A stretch of DNA of 44,841 nt from a virus (IMGVR_UViG_3300009194_000018:1-44841), one strand, 5' to 3'. Shown: positions 7,698 through 17,446, counted from the stretch's first letter. Notes: generated from the sequence alone by a model not told the origin. Program-made: numbers and translations.

Positions 7698-10600
7698 CTA
7701 TAAGTGTGTCAAACCACCCTGTGCGTAGTTCACGCCATACTTGGTTTTTAGTCGCGGGTCTTTCCACGATGTTTTCTCTACGTCACGCGCCAGCACCAGC
7801 GGGCCGGCCTGAATCTTTTCAGCCGCGCTAAACACTGGTTGCATGTCGGCCTTGTCGTAGAACTGTGACCCGCGGTATGGGTTCATGCCGATCTGGCGCC
7901 ACGTGGGGTCCTGTAGGGCCTCTGCAAGCATCCTGCGGACCTCTTCGTCCTTGGTTGTTTGTTGGTTGCCCACCATCATAGCGAACGGGCCCTTATCGGC
8001 GCCCTCTTCAGCGGCCAAGGGTGTCAACCCCTGCGGTCTAGTCCCAAGCCCCACGCGGATGGCTTTATTTGGGTCAGACTTAAACTCCACGTCTTTTAAA
8101 TGTCCTGTGTGACCATACCCAATAGGTTTGCCTGCGGGGTCGTGCATTGTGTCAACGTAGGTGCCATAGCGCTCGTACGCCGGAATGTCAAGGCGGTTAC
8201 CAACACGCATGCCCTCTGGCACCTGCAGGTTCAAACCAAGAATACCCCTGTTAACTTTGTTTGAATCCAATGCGGACACAATGTCAATATCAGAGTGTGC
8301 CTTTGGCAACTCAGTCAACGGGCGCATCGGCCTACGCTCGTTCATAATGCGCAGGTAGTCGGCCTGTGATATTTTGCCTGTCATGTACGCTTCAAGCGCT
8401 TGGGCCAGTTGGGGGTCTTGCTGTTGCTTATAAGGCTTTGCGTTTAACTTGCGCCACGCTTCAATCTTCTCAGGCGTTAGCTTGAGCATGTCATACGCCG
8501 ACTCCGCAATACGCGTGAGCGCGCCAACCTTACCACCACGATCAAAATGTTGTACCTGACCGCCCTCTGCGTAGCCTGCGTCTTCCGCCATGGTGATGTA
8601 GTCTTTGCTGATAAGCTGTGGTCGCTTTGGATAAGAGAACCAAGCGTTGCCGTGGGGCTCCATGCCGATACGCGGTTTGATCTCGTTGTACCAGTCACGC
8701 ACAGCAATGTTCTGTGGCACCGCAGGGAACTGCACCTGTTTGTCTTCGCCTGTAACTTTCCAACGATAGTCGGGGTGCAACACATCGTCGGTGTACTGTG
8801 CAGGCACATTGTCTACACTGAACAAACGCGTACCAACCGCGCTTGTAGGCGCGCCCCTAGTAAACGGGTCTGCGTGGTCTTCTAAAATGTTTGCGTACTG
8901 AGGCACAGTTGCGGGTTTGCGTGTTCCAAGGCCCATGCCAAGGAGGTCGCCCATAGCCTTGCGACCCTCAAACGTGTCTCCAGCAATCGCCCTAACAGCG
9001 TCCTTGTCCATGATGTTAAACTTGTCTCTGAACGGCAGGTCTTTTAGTGTGCCTGTTGTCTTGGCCTTGTTTAAAATAACTTGGTTAATTTTTTCAATCT
9101 GTTCGGGTGTTACTTGGCCCGCGGCTTGGTTCTTGTAGAACGTATCAAGCACGTCGTTGAAAACAGTCTTGTTAGACCTGTGTTGATCTGGCGCACCAAT
9201 GTAGTTGGTGTTGATCATAGGACGGCCATTAAACTCTCTAGCGGATTGAATTAGCCTGTTTGCGGCCTCTTCGCTGTCGTTCATCCACACAGCCTTGTTG
9301 GCCGAATGAATTGGGTTTATGTTTTGGAAGTTAGGGAAGCCTGTGCCACCCCAACGATTGCCGTGAACACCCTGTCTGTCAGACATGTGCACGCCAAGAT
9401 ACTGGTCTTGGTACGGCCTAATAGCCTCACTAAACTTTAATTGTTGTGTTGGTTTTGGTGCAAACTTTGCAATCTCTTCGGCAGATGGCATAACCAACTG
9501 GCCCGGGGGGTTACCAAACGCGCCGGCAATTTTACCCACTACCTTTTTTGCGAGTCCAGTACGACCACCACCGTCAAAGTGCTCAACGGCGGACAGGCCG
9601 CCGTCCGGCTTTTTTATTGCACCACCTTTTTTATACTTAGGCGGTTCACCTGTTGGTTGCAACACTGACTTGGTTTCATCTTCTGTTTTAAAGATGTCAT
9701 ACAATTTTTGTGCGCCTGCACCCAGTGCGCTTGTGAGCGCGCCTGCAACTTTAGCCTTGGGGTTAGAGTGCGTCATGCCGGTGGCGCCTAGCGCGCTAAC
9801 ACCTGCTAGTCCCGCGCCTGCATAATCGCCCTGTGCGGCACGTTGTGACATGTCGTTAACTTGTGCGGCGGCCATACCGCCACCAAGGGCATTGACCAAC
9901 TGGCCCGGACGTGAACCAAAGTTAATTGGTTTGGGTTGTGCTACAGGCAAACCACCAGCAACGGGTGGTGTGGTAACGGGGGCAGGCAACACCTTGCTAC
10001 CTTGACCCACAGTGTTAGGCAGTGCAATCAAAGAAGTAGGGCCTGCAGGCGCCATGTTGGGGTACATGGCCTGCGCTTTGGCCAGACGTGCGCGCATCTC
10101 TGGCTCCATTTGACCCATAGCGGCTTGACTGGGTTGGTTGGCTAAACTCTGGGCCAACATTTGCTCGTGCTGGTTAACGTTCCAATTGTCCTTGCCTGTG
10201 CCAAACATTGGCGCTTTGTTTGCGGCGGCCTGTGCTTGTGCCTGCGCGTCTTTGGCGGCACGGTCCGCGGCAATTTGAATGCGCATCTGGTCCATGCGCT
10301 TTTTGCTCATTGGTTTGTCAGGACCAAACGCAAAACCTGCGGCGGCGCCAGCACCGCCGGCCATGACATCAGAGATGTCACGCTGACGACCAAAACCTTG
10401 TGCGGGGGCTACAGTGCCTGCAAGGCCCGTAATATCTAATGGTTCAACATCTTCTAGTTCAATGTTGAATCTGCTTTTGCCTTCTTGTGCGGGGGGAACT
10501 TTAACAACGGAAGTAGTTGGGGTGGCCATACCTGCGTATCCTTTAACTTTCTGAATGTGGTTTATCGCGGCAGGACTGGCCTGACCGTTTTTAAAATATG

Positions 10601-10925
10601 CGCTGTTAGGGCCGTCGTGATAAGCAATCAAAGCTTTGTCCACGTCGCCTTGGTACTTATCAAGCATCTGTTTCATGTAAGCCACACCACCACGAATGTT
10701 CTCCATTTCGTTATGGCGGTTCACACCCATGTCTTTGGCGGCCGCTTTACCAAGCATCATCACACCAGTGGGTCCTGTCTTAGACTTTTTGCTTTGGTCG
10801 AATCCACTCTCTTGCATGGCCATACCGTATGCCAATTCCGCAGGCACACCTTGTGCCTTTGCTTCCGCAATAACGCGCTGTGCTGTAGCGCGTTGTTTTG
10901 GGCTGAGTGATTCAAGCCCGGTCAT
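7698..10925 (-). CDS. internal virion/ejection protein with an N-terminal lytic transglycosylase (SLT) domain and two unknown C-terminal domains
   Basis: AMQESGF, GVMML, ENIRGGVAYMKQM and ALIAYHDG SLT motifs; last gene of the late operon. Confidence 0.8.
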   Translation of the reverse strand: MTGLESLSPKQRATAQRVIAEAKAQGVPAELAYGMAMQESGFDQSKKSKTGPTGVMMLGKAAAKDMGVNRHNEMENIRGGVAYMKQMLDKYQGDVDKALIAYHDGPNSAYFKNGQASPAAINHIQKVKGYAGMATPTTSVVKVPPAQEGKSRFNIELEDVEPLDITGLAGTVAPAQGFGRQRDISDVMAGGAGAAAGFAFGPDKPMSKKRMDQMRIQIAADRAAKDAQAQAQAAANKAPMFGTGKDNWNVNQHEQMLAQSLANQPSQAAMGQMEPEMRARLAKAQAMYPNMAPAGPTSLIALPNTVGQGSKVLPAPVTTPPVAGGLPVAQPKPINFGSRPGQLVNALGGGMAAAQVNDMSQRAAQGDYAGAGLAGVSALGATGMTHSNPKAKVAGALTSALGAGAQKLYDIFKTEDETKSVLQPTGEPPKYKKGGAIKKPDGGLSAVEHFDGGGRTGLAKKVVGKIAGAFGNPPGQLVMPSAEEIAKFAPKPTQQLKFSEAIRPYQDQYLGVHMSDRQGVHGNRWGGTGFPNFQNINPIHSANKAVWMNDSEEAANRLIQSAREFNGRPMINTNYIGAPDQHRSNKTVFNDVLDTFYKNQAAGQVTPEQIEKINQVILNKAKTTGTLKDLPFRDKFNIMDKDAVRAIAGDTFEGRKAMGDLLGMGLGTRKPATVPQYANILEDHADPFTRGAPTSAVGTRLFSVDNVPAQYTDDVLHPDYRWKVTGEDKQVQFPAVPQNIAVRDWYNEIKPRIGMEPHGNAWFSYPKRPQLISKDYITMAEDAGYAEGGQVQHFDRGGKVGALTRIAESAYDMLKLTPEKIEAWRKLNAKPYKQQQDPQLAQALEAYMTGKISQADYLRIMNERRPMRPLTELPKAHSDIDIVSALDSNKVNRGILGLNLQVPEGMRVGNRLDIPAYERYGTYVDTMHDPAGKPIGYGHTGHLKDVEFKSDPNKAIRVGLGTRPQGLTPLAAEEGADKGPFAMMVGNQQTTKDEEVRRMLAEALQDPTWRQIGMNPYRGSQFYDKADMQPVFSAAEKIQAGPLVLARDVEKTSWKDPRLKTKYGVNYAQGGLTHL

Positions 10926-12631
10926 CGTGCGGGGTCCCCGGGATAAACTGCGTCAGTGATACCAAACGTTTTAGCGGTGCGATAGAACTGGTTGCGTTGC
11001 ATGTCGGCCAACTCTTTACTAGACTTATATTGTCTCCAAGTCATGCCCGCGCTCTTCATGTCATTCCATAAACGATCTTGGTCCATCTTGTTGCGCGCTT
11101 CAAGTTCAGTTGCCTTGGCCATGCGCATCAAGTTAGCAGGAGACATGCGGTTCACGTTACCCACCGCGGTGTCAATCAGCTTACGCTCATTCTCTGTCAC
11201 AGCGCCTTGGCCCTCAAACACCTTACGTGTGTAGGCAAGCTTTAAACCCTCTACGTCTTTGGCTACACGAACGTACGCGTCCAAAATTTTTGGGTCTTTG
11301 GCTTTTGGGTCCATCTTAACAACAGCCTCAGTAAAACCGGGCGCGTTAATTGAACCTAGTTGACCAACTTGAATGCCTTGGTCAATCAAACCAAAGAACG
11401 CAGACTGAGCGCCACCACCAGCAAGCTTGCCCAACAAACTTCCCGCTGTGCGAATATCTTTTTGCATATTCTGAGCAACCATAGAATTGGTCTTAGCTTC
11501 TTTTACTTCCGCGCTATGGGTTTCCAATTCTTTCGCGGCGGTTTCAGCATTTTTCTCTGCTTCTCTTGTTTCACCCGCGCGACCAACAGCCGCAATTTTT
11601 TGTCGTTCTTCAAGGTCCTGTTTAGACCCGTAAGTAAAACCAGTGGCGGGGTTGATACCCGTTGCTGAAGCAGGGGCCGCCGCTACAGGCGCAGGAGCCG
11701 CAGGGGCCACAGGAGCCGCAGAAGTAGGTCTCGGCGCGGTAGCTACAGGAGCCGCCGCAGGGGCCGCAGGAGCCCCCACAACAGGAGCAGGGGCGGGGGC
11801 AGGAGCCGCAGTGGCAGGAGGGGCTAAAAGGGCACTAGCGGCACCAAACGGTGTTTGTTGTACGTCTCCACCGGCGGTACGAATATCTTGTGGGTTAAAA
11901 GCAGTAGCCCCAACAACGTTCGTAAACATTGCCGCGTTAAATTGGGGTGTGCCGGGCAAGATACCCGCGGCTTTTAAACGACGCGCCATTTCGTCTTGTT
12001 TAGTCAACGCCAAAGTTTGCTTAATTGCTTCCTCTGGGTTAGTTTGTGCTAAAACACGAATGCTTGCTTGTTGTGTGGGTGTTAAGAATTCACCAGAGAC
12101 GGCACCTTGAGCCGCTGGAGCGCCTTGTTGATCCATAGGAGCACCTTGAGCCGCTGGAGCACCTTGAGCCGCTGGAGCACCTTGGCCTCCCATTCCGGGA
12201 AGAGACGTCAAAGGGGGCAAACCAGAAGCCGCACGAATTGCGTTTTCAGTCTGCAACATTTGTTGCGCTTTTTGTTGCTTCTCTTGCATCAAGCGCTCTT
12301 CTTGTGTCTTCAACTGTGCCATGTTGACACGCATGTTGAACACGTCTTGCTCGTTGGTGCGCTCTTTGGCGCTCTGGGTCTGCATGTTCTGGGCCATCTG
12401 GTTTTGAGTGTCCCCAAGAACAGAACGCATTTGGTCCATGCCCTGCTCAAAGCTACCTTTGTAAGCCTGACGTTGGTTGATCATTTGCTGAAGGTAGTCG
12501 CGAATGCTGGCGCTGTCGTCCATGCCGAGTGCAACACCCTTGTTGCCAAGAACGTTCAACCCGCTCTTGCCAAGCATTTCGCCTTTTACAAGCGGCAGTC
12601 CACCTGTTGGTTCAATCGTTGGGTTTTCCAT
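10922..12631 (-). CDS. internal virion (DNA ejection) protein, 569 aa
   Basis: Q/A/P-rich, helical; position equivalent to the P22 ejection proteins. Confidence 0.6.
   Translation of the reverse strand: MENPTIEPTGGLPLVKGEMLGKSGLNVLGNKGVALGMDDSASIRDYLQQMINQRQAYKGSFEQGMDQMRSVLGDTQNQMAQNMQTQSAKERTNEQDVFNMRVNMAQLKTQEERLMQEKQQKAQQMLQTENAIRAASGLPPLTSLPGMGGQGAPAAQGAPAAQGAPMDQQGAPAAQGAVSGEFLTPTQQASIRVLAQTNPEEAIKQTLALTKQDEMARRLKAAGILPGTPQFNAAMFTNVVGATAFNPQDIRTAGGDVQQTPFGAASALLAPPATAAPAPAPAPVVGAPAAPAAAPVATAPRPTSAAPVAPAAPAPVAAAPASATGINPATGFTYGSKQDLEERQKIAAVGRAGETREAEKNAETAAKELETHSAEVKEAKTNSMVAQNMQKDIRTAGSLLGKLAGGGAQSAFFGLIDQGIQVGQLGSINAPGFTEAVVKMDPKAKDPKILDAYVRVAKDVEGLKLAYTRKVFEGQGAVTENERKLIDTAVGNVNRMSPANLMRMAKATELEARNKMDQDRLWNDMKSAGMTWRQYKSSKELADMQRNQFYRTAKTFGITDAVYPGDPAR
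12103..12186 (-). repeat. 18-bp coding repeat (QGAPAA/QGAPMD, about 4-5 copies)
   Basis: GCACCTTGAGCCGCTGGA repeated on the + strand. Confidence 0.85.
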
Positions 12632-12633
12632 AA

Positions 12634-13452
12634 TTAGTAATCGCCTTCACCAAAAGTGCCACTGCCGCTACCACCAAAGTTTACACCCGCGACGTCACTA
12701 GACAGCAGTTTGTTCAACCATGGGTACGCGGTGTTTGCATTATACGCGTTAGAAAGCACGTTGCCTGCGCCACCAATTGCAGTAAGACCTGCCAAGAAGT
12801 TAGCGTAATCGCCTTTAGACGTGGTTGTCTCCACACTCTTGTCGGTTGTTGGGCCCATCGCGTTGATGATGTCGCTGTACTTAGCCAGTGTGGGCAAGCC
12901 GCCCATCATCTCTTGGGTTGCTGTGTTCAGGGACGTCGTGCCATACTGTGAGCCAACGTTACCCAACGCCTGACCCGCTTGGATAGACTGTTGCATTGCG
13001 TCCATGTAGGCTTTGTTTTGCTGTTCAGCCAGTGTGGTCAACGCGCCTGCGCGCGCTGTGTTGGTGGCTGTTTGGCCGCGCAAGGACCCGTAATTGCCGC
13101 TTCCAATACCGCCGGCGCCAACTTGCGCCGTAATCTCTGGAAGGATCTGGTCCAGCTTGGCATTTTGCGCCGCAAACAAACCACCCAAGGGGGTAGACGT
13201 GTCGGGCGCGCCAGTGGAAAGGAACGGGTTTGCGTTGGCCGTCTGCGCTGTTTGTAGACCGCTGATAGCCGTTGTGAAAGGGTTGGCGGTTTGACTGTTA
13301 AGGTCGCTGATCAAACCGGCCGCAACAGTGCTACCCGGGGCCGTGGCCGCTTGGTATGTTTGTGGTGCCTGTGTGGCAATGTTCTGTTGTGCGGTGGTAA
13401 ACCACGTTGGCAGTGTTGTGTTAACTGTACTGCTTGAATCAAAAACGCTCAT
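12634..13452 (-). CDS. internal virion (pilot/ejection-type) protein, 272 aa
   Basis: A/G/T/Q-rich with GAGGIGSGNYGSLRG; synteny. Confidence 0.6.
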   Translation of the reverse strand: MSVFDSSSTVNTTLPTWFTTAQQNIATQAPQTYQAATAPGSTVAAGLISDLNSQTANPFTTAISGLQTAQTANANPFLSTGAPDTSTPLGGLFAAQNAKLDQILPEITAQVGAGGIGSGNYGSLRGQTATNTARAGALTTLAEQQNKAYMDAMQQSIQAGQALGNVGSQYGTTSLNTATQEMMGGLPTLAKYSDIINAMGPTTDKSVETTTSKGDYANFLAGLTAIGGAGNVLSNAYNANTAYPWLNKLLSSDVAGVNFGGSGSGTFGEGDY

Positions 13453-16400
13453 TTTCTTCCTTTCATGTGCGCGCTAGATAGGTATTCTAGCGGGCCTTTG
13501 CTTTCTGGTGGCAACTCGCCCGGGGGGTTAGAGTGCTTGTGTTCGCGGATTGTTTTAATAAACTGGTCCAAAATATCTGCACCAGAGTCACTGGAGCCGT
13601 TACCCAAAGCAGACACGACGTCTGCGGGCAACACAAATTCACTGTTGGCCACCATGGCGGGGATCTGGTCTGACGTACCATCACCACGGCCTTGGATGTA
13701 GGTTGTTCCTGCGCCACCCTCAGAGTAAAACTCTGGTTGACCCATGGGGTGCTCGGGCACCATGCCGCCCTCGGCAAAACTAAAGAAACTGAGTAGATCC
13801 AAAGCAGGTGCCTCTTCTTTGTTATTTTCCTCTTCCTTTTTATCCGTTTCTTCTTCGGGTGTCAAGGTTTTTTCAGGAGTGGATGGTGGTATTGCTACGC
13901 CCGCCAAACTAAATAGTAAGGGGTTCAAAATTGGTGCGTCTTCCGACACCTTTTTGTAAGAAAATTTTGCGTCTGCACCAAGGCTTGGTGTTGGTGTATA
14001 CCCACCACCACCACCACCACCGCCTGTTGTCTTAGTTGGTGTGGTGGGAGGGGTTACCACAGGAGGGTTCACCACAGGAGGGTTTACCACAGGAGGGTTC
14101 ACCACAGGAGGGTTCACCACAGGAGGGTTCACCACAGGAGGGTTCACCACAGGAGGGTTCACCACAGGAGTGTTCACCACAGGAGGGTTCACCACAGGAG
14201 GGTTCACCACAGGAGGGTTCACCACAGGAGGGGTTACTACCTCAGGCTTAACCTCTGGTTTGATCTCAGGCTTAACCTCTGGTTTGACCTCTGGTTTGAC
14301 CTCTGGTTTGACCTCTGGTTTGACCTCTGGTTTGACCTCAGGCTTAACCTCAGGCTTCACCTCAGGCTTAACTTCTGGTTTGACCTCAGGCTTAACTTCT
14401 GGTTTGACCTCAGGTTTGACCTCAGGTTTGACCTCAGGTTTGACCTCAGGCTTAACTTCTGGTTTGACCTCAGGCTTCACCTCAGGCTTCACCTCAGGCT
14501 TCACCTCAGGCTTCACCTCAGGCTTCACCTCAGGCTTAACTTCTGGTTTGACCTCAGGCTTTGGAGAAATTGCAGGTTCTCCGGGAACCACCACAGGCTT
14601 TCTTTCTGGTGTCGCGGGCTCAACAGCAGGGTCGTTTGCTGGAGGCGCTGTAGGAGCCACAAAAGGCTCCTCAGGGGTTACAACAGGGGGTTGGAAAGGA
14701 TCGTTTGCTGGAGGCGCTACAGGCGCAACAAAAGGAGGCTCGTCAGGTGTTAAATCTGGTGGAGGAAACTCTTCCGCTGGTTTAACCAAAGGCAATCCAG
14801 AAACAGGGTCAATGTTTTGCCATGGTTGTACTTCTTCATCCGTGTCTGTGTAGTCGCCGGGTTGAACAACGTAAGGTTTTTGTTCGGGTGCCGTTAATGT
14901 GTCTGGCTTTACGTTTGGTGGGTTTACAAAACCTCTACCTGCGCCAGCCTTGTTTACATCATCCAATGTAATCATTCCGGATTCGCGCAAACGTTGTAGT
15001 GTTGCGTCTTCACCCACGTTTGTAGAAGGTGAGTATGTGCCTAATGCAACACCCGCGTTCAACACCCGCGCAATAGAGCTTCCCGCGGCAGTCAGTACTT
15101 TTTCTAACGCAGTGAGCTTTGACGCGTAATTAGGGTCGTTTGCCGCCGCTTGAACCAAACGTAATAGCGGCGCCGTTGATGCGGCGCTTACTCCACCGGG
15201 CTGTCCTACTGGCAAAGCTAAACCAGCAACATCGTATTGCTGTATGAGGTCTTCGGCCGCTTGTGCGTAGTTGGTGTCCTCAGGCAAGTCTTGTGTAAAT
15301 GTTGTTGGTGTAACACCTGCTAGTGCGGTGTCAAACTGATTAGACGCGGCCAGTGCGTCCTCTGGTGTACCACCAGCCGCAATGACGTCTTTAAACGCCG
15401 TGAACGCGGTGTTGCTTGTGTTGGCCGCGTTGGCCGCGTTGTTAAACGCCGACGCGGCGCTCATAAGCGCAGAGGGGTCGCCGGTTTGGTTAAAACGATC
15501 AAACGCCTGTGTCACGCGCAAAGCCGACGCGGCAAGCTTGGCGTCACTGCTACCGGTCAACGAGGCCGCGGCGTCTGCCACCCCCGCAAAGTCGTTGTTG
15601 GCAAACGCGTTGGCCGCGTTGGCTATGGTTAAACCAGTGCGAACCTCTGAGGGTAAATTAGCGCCAGCGTAATTAGCGGCGGAGTTTAGTAGTCCAGAAA
15701 CGTTGCCTGTTTGAATTGCGTTCAAACCACCAACAAAGTTTTTAGCGTCGTTGATTGGTATGCCACCAATGTCGGTAAAACCAGCCGACCCAGCGGCACC
15801 AAGCGCGCCAAGTGCGGCGCCTGTCCAGTTACCCTGTCCTGCTGATATGGCGGCGTTAGCGGCTTGTGCAAACGGGGCCACGCCGGGAATGAACGAGGCG
15901 GCAGACAGGATCATCTGCAGGCCACTCAGATCATCAGCACTGGACGCGCCTGTGGTGTACAGAATGGGTTTACCTTGCGCGTCAAAACCAACGTTGTACG
16001 CTGTGTTGCCCTCTCCAGTGTACGTGCCAGAGAACGCGTTACCCACACCACCACGTTCGCCGTAGTCGTTGACTAGCTGTTGGCCTGTGGCTTTATTGAC
16101 TAAAACTGTTTGCGTGCTCTCAGGAACGTACTGTGTTCCCTGCTCGGTCTCATAAGACGACGCGGGTATTGTGATTGTCTTTTGGCCAATTTGGTTGATG
16201 TCTGTAACACCAGAGGCCACCAAGTTCTCGGCCATTTTTCGTGCGTTGGCTTCTGCTGAACCAAAACCCTCGCCGGTCCATTGTCCCATCGTGCCCTGAC
16301 CAACAATTTGGTTGTACACGTTGTCAACGTTTTCGGTGCTTATTCTGTAGTCTTGTCCACCAAGGTTTGCGGTTGTTGTGCCCGCTCCGGTGTTTGTATT

Positions 16401-17423
16401 AGAGTCATAATCACCGAAGTAGTTGTCTGTAGTTGAGCCTGTAGTTGTACCCGCTTGTTGTACAGCAAGTGTCGCCGCTGTGTCTGTATCTACGCCGCGG
16501 TTTACCAAATTGTTGTACGCGTCTGCAAACTGGTTAATGTAGGTTGCTTTTGAGGCATCGTCTTTTAAGTGAAACCCACTTGCGTCCATCAAATCTTTTT
16601 GATTCAACAGCCCAGACATTGCATCAACAAGGGTTACGTTTGGGTTGTTTTTTGCTATGTCACTGTACAAACTGTCCATCTGTAAGTTTGTGCGTGAAAT
16701 AGCGTCATCATACGAACTGGCATTTGGTTGACCAGATAAAATAACTTTAACGCCCTTGTCTCCCAACCTAGAAACAATTTCATTCAGGTTGCTAGTGATG
16801 GTGTTTCGGTCAACACCTTGGGCAATGTCATTGGCACCAACGTCTAGTACAACTGTAGAACCCGGCGCAAAAGTTCCACCGTCTCTTTCAAAAACATTTA
16901 ACTGGTTTAAAACGTCTGAAGTTTTTTGGCCACCTACGGCTGTGTTTGTAACGTTTTGACCAAAAACTTGGTTGGCAAGGTTTGTTTTTTCGTCACCAGC
17001 CATCCAGCTAGCACCGGCCAAGATAACGCCACCTAATTGGTTGGCGTTGTTTGCGGGTGTTGTAGGTAAACCACCACCGCCGGTAGCAGTTGTTCCTGTA
17101 TCAACTACCGCGGCCGGAGTTTCTATTGCATTTAACCCACCAGTTGTAGCTGGCGGGGTGTACGATGCTTGAGGAATGTATGGGTTTGAGGTGTCCTCTA
17201 GGACAGTATTATTTCCACCGGTAACAGCAGATAAACCACCAACAGGTGCTGGCGGTGAAACAGCATCATAGCGAGACTGGACATTTGAAAGATCAGCCCC
17301 CGTAGCACGAGCAATATCTGCTGGTGTCAGACTGAATTGGTCCATTGTAGACGCAACAGTGGCATCATCCGCTCCGGGATTAGCTAAAAACCAGTCAAAT
17401 ATCTGTTGGTCTGAGATTGCCAT
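13449..17423 (-). CDS. 1324-aa multidomain virion protein: SGNH hydrolase, Ala/Gly-rich helical region, KPEV/VVNPP repeats, C-terminal GDGTSD...EFV domain
   Basis: Long ORF preceded by the late motif; domain motifs are described in findings. Confidence 0.8.
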   Translation of the reverse strand: MAISDQQIFDWFLANPGADDATVASTMDQFSLTPADIARATGADLSNVQSRYDAVSPPAPVGGLSAVTGGNNTVLEDTSNPYIPQASYTPPATTGGLNAIETPAAVVDTGTTATGGGGLPTTPANNANQLGGVILAGASWMAGDEKTNLANQVFGQNVTNTAVGGQKTSDVLNQLNVFERDGGTFAPGSTVVLDVGANDIAQGVDRNTITSNLNEIVSRLGDKGVKVILSGQPNASSYDDAISRTNLQMDSLYSDIAKNNPNVTLVDAMSGLLNQKDLMDASGFHLKDDASKATYINQFADAYNNLVNRGVDTDTAATLAVQQAGTTTGSTTDNYFGDYDSNTNTGAGTTTANLGGQDYRISTENVDNVYNQIVGQGTMGQWTGEGFGSAEANARKMAENLVASGVTDINQIGQKTITIPASSYETEQGTQYVPESTQTVLVNKATGQQLVNDYGERGGVGNAFSGTYTGEGNTAYNVGFDAQGKPILYTTGASSADDLSGLQMILSAASFIPGVAPFAQAANAAISAGQGNWTGAALGALGAAGSAGFTDIGGIPINDAKNFVGGLNAIQTGNVSGLLNSAANYAGANLPSEVRTGLTIANAANAFANNDFAGVADAAASLTGSSDAKLAASALRVTQAFDRFNQTGDPSALMSAASAFNNAANAANTSNTAFTAFKDVIAAGGTPEDALAASNQFDTALAGVTPTTFTQDLPEDTNYAQAAEDLIQQYDVAGLALPVGQPGGVSAASTAPLLRLVQAAANDPNYASKLTALEKVLTAAGSSIARVLNAGVALGTYSPSTNVGEDATLQRLRESGMITLDDVNKAGAGRGFVNPPNVKPDTLTAPEQKPYVVQPGDYTDTDEEVQPWQNIDPVSGLPLVKPAEEFPPPDLTPDEPPFVAPVAPPANDPFQPPVVTPEEPFVAPTAPPANDPAVEPATPERKPVVVPGEPAISPKPEVKPEVKPEVKPEVKPEVKPEVKPEVKPEVKPEVKPEVKPEVKPEVKPEVKPEVKPEVKPEVKPEVKPEVKPEVKPEVKPEVKPEVKPEVKPEVKPEIKPEVKPEVVTPPVVNPPVVNPPVVNPPVVNTPVVNPPVVNPPVVNPPVVNPPVVNPPVVNPPVVNPPVVTPPTTPTKTTGGGGGGGGYTPTPSLGADAKFSYKKVSEDAPILNPLLFSLAGVAIPPSTPEKTLTPEEETDKKEEENNKEEAPALDLLSFFSFAEGGMVPEHPMGQPEFYSEGGAGTTYIQGRGDGTSDQIPAMVANSEFVLPADVVSALGNGSSDSGADILDQFIKTIREHKHSNPPGELPPESKGPLEYLSSAHMKGRK
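14046..14240 (-). repeat. 15-bp tandem coding repeat x13 (VVNPP)
   Basis: AGGAGGGTTCACCAC units on the + strand. Confidence 0.95.
14238..14561 (-). repeat. 12-bp tandem coding repeat x27 (KPEV)
   Basis: GACCTCTGGTTT, CACCTCAGGCTT and AACTTCTGGTTT synonymous variants. Confidence 0.95.
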
Positions 17424-17446
17424 TTGTGTGTGTTGGTTTGGGTATT

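Noticed and set aside
14046-14561. Tandem repeats as a possible CRISPR array or non-coding repeat system
   Set aside because: No unique spacers; units are 12 and 15 bp, in frame, with variation almost only at synonymous positions
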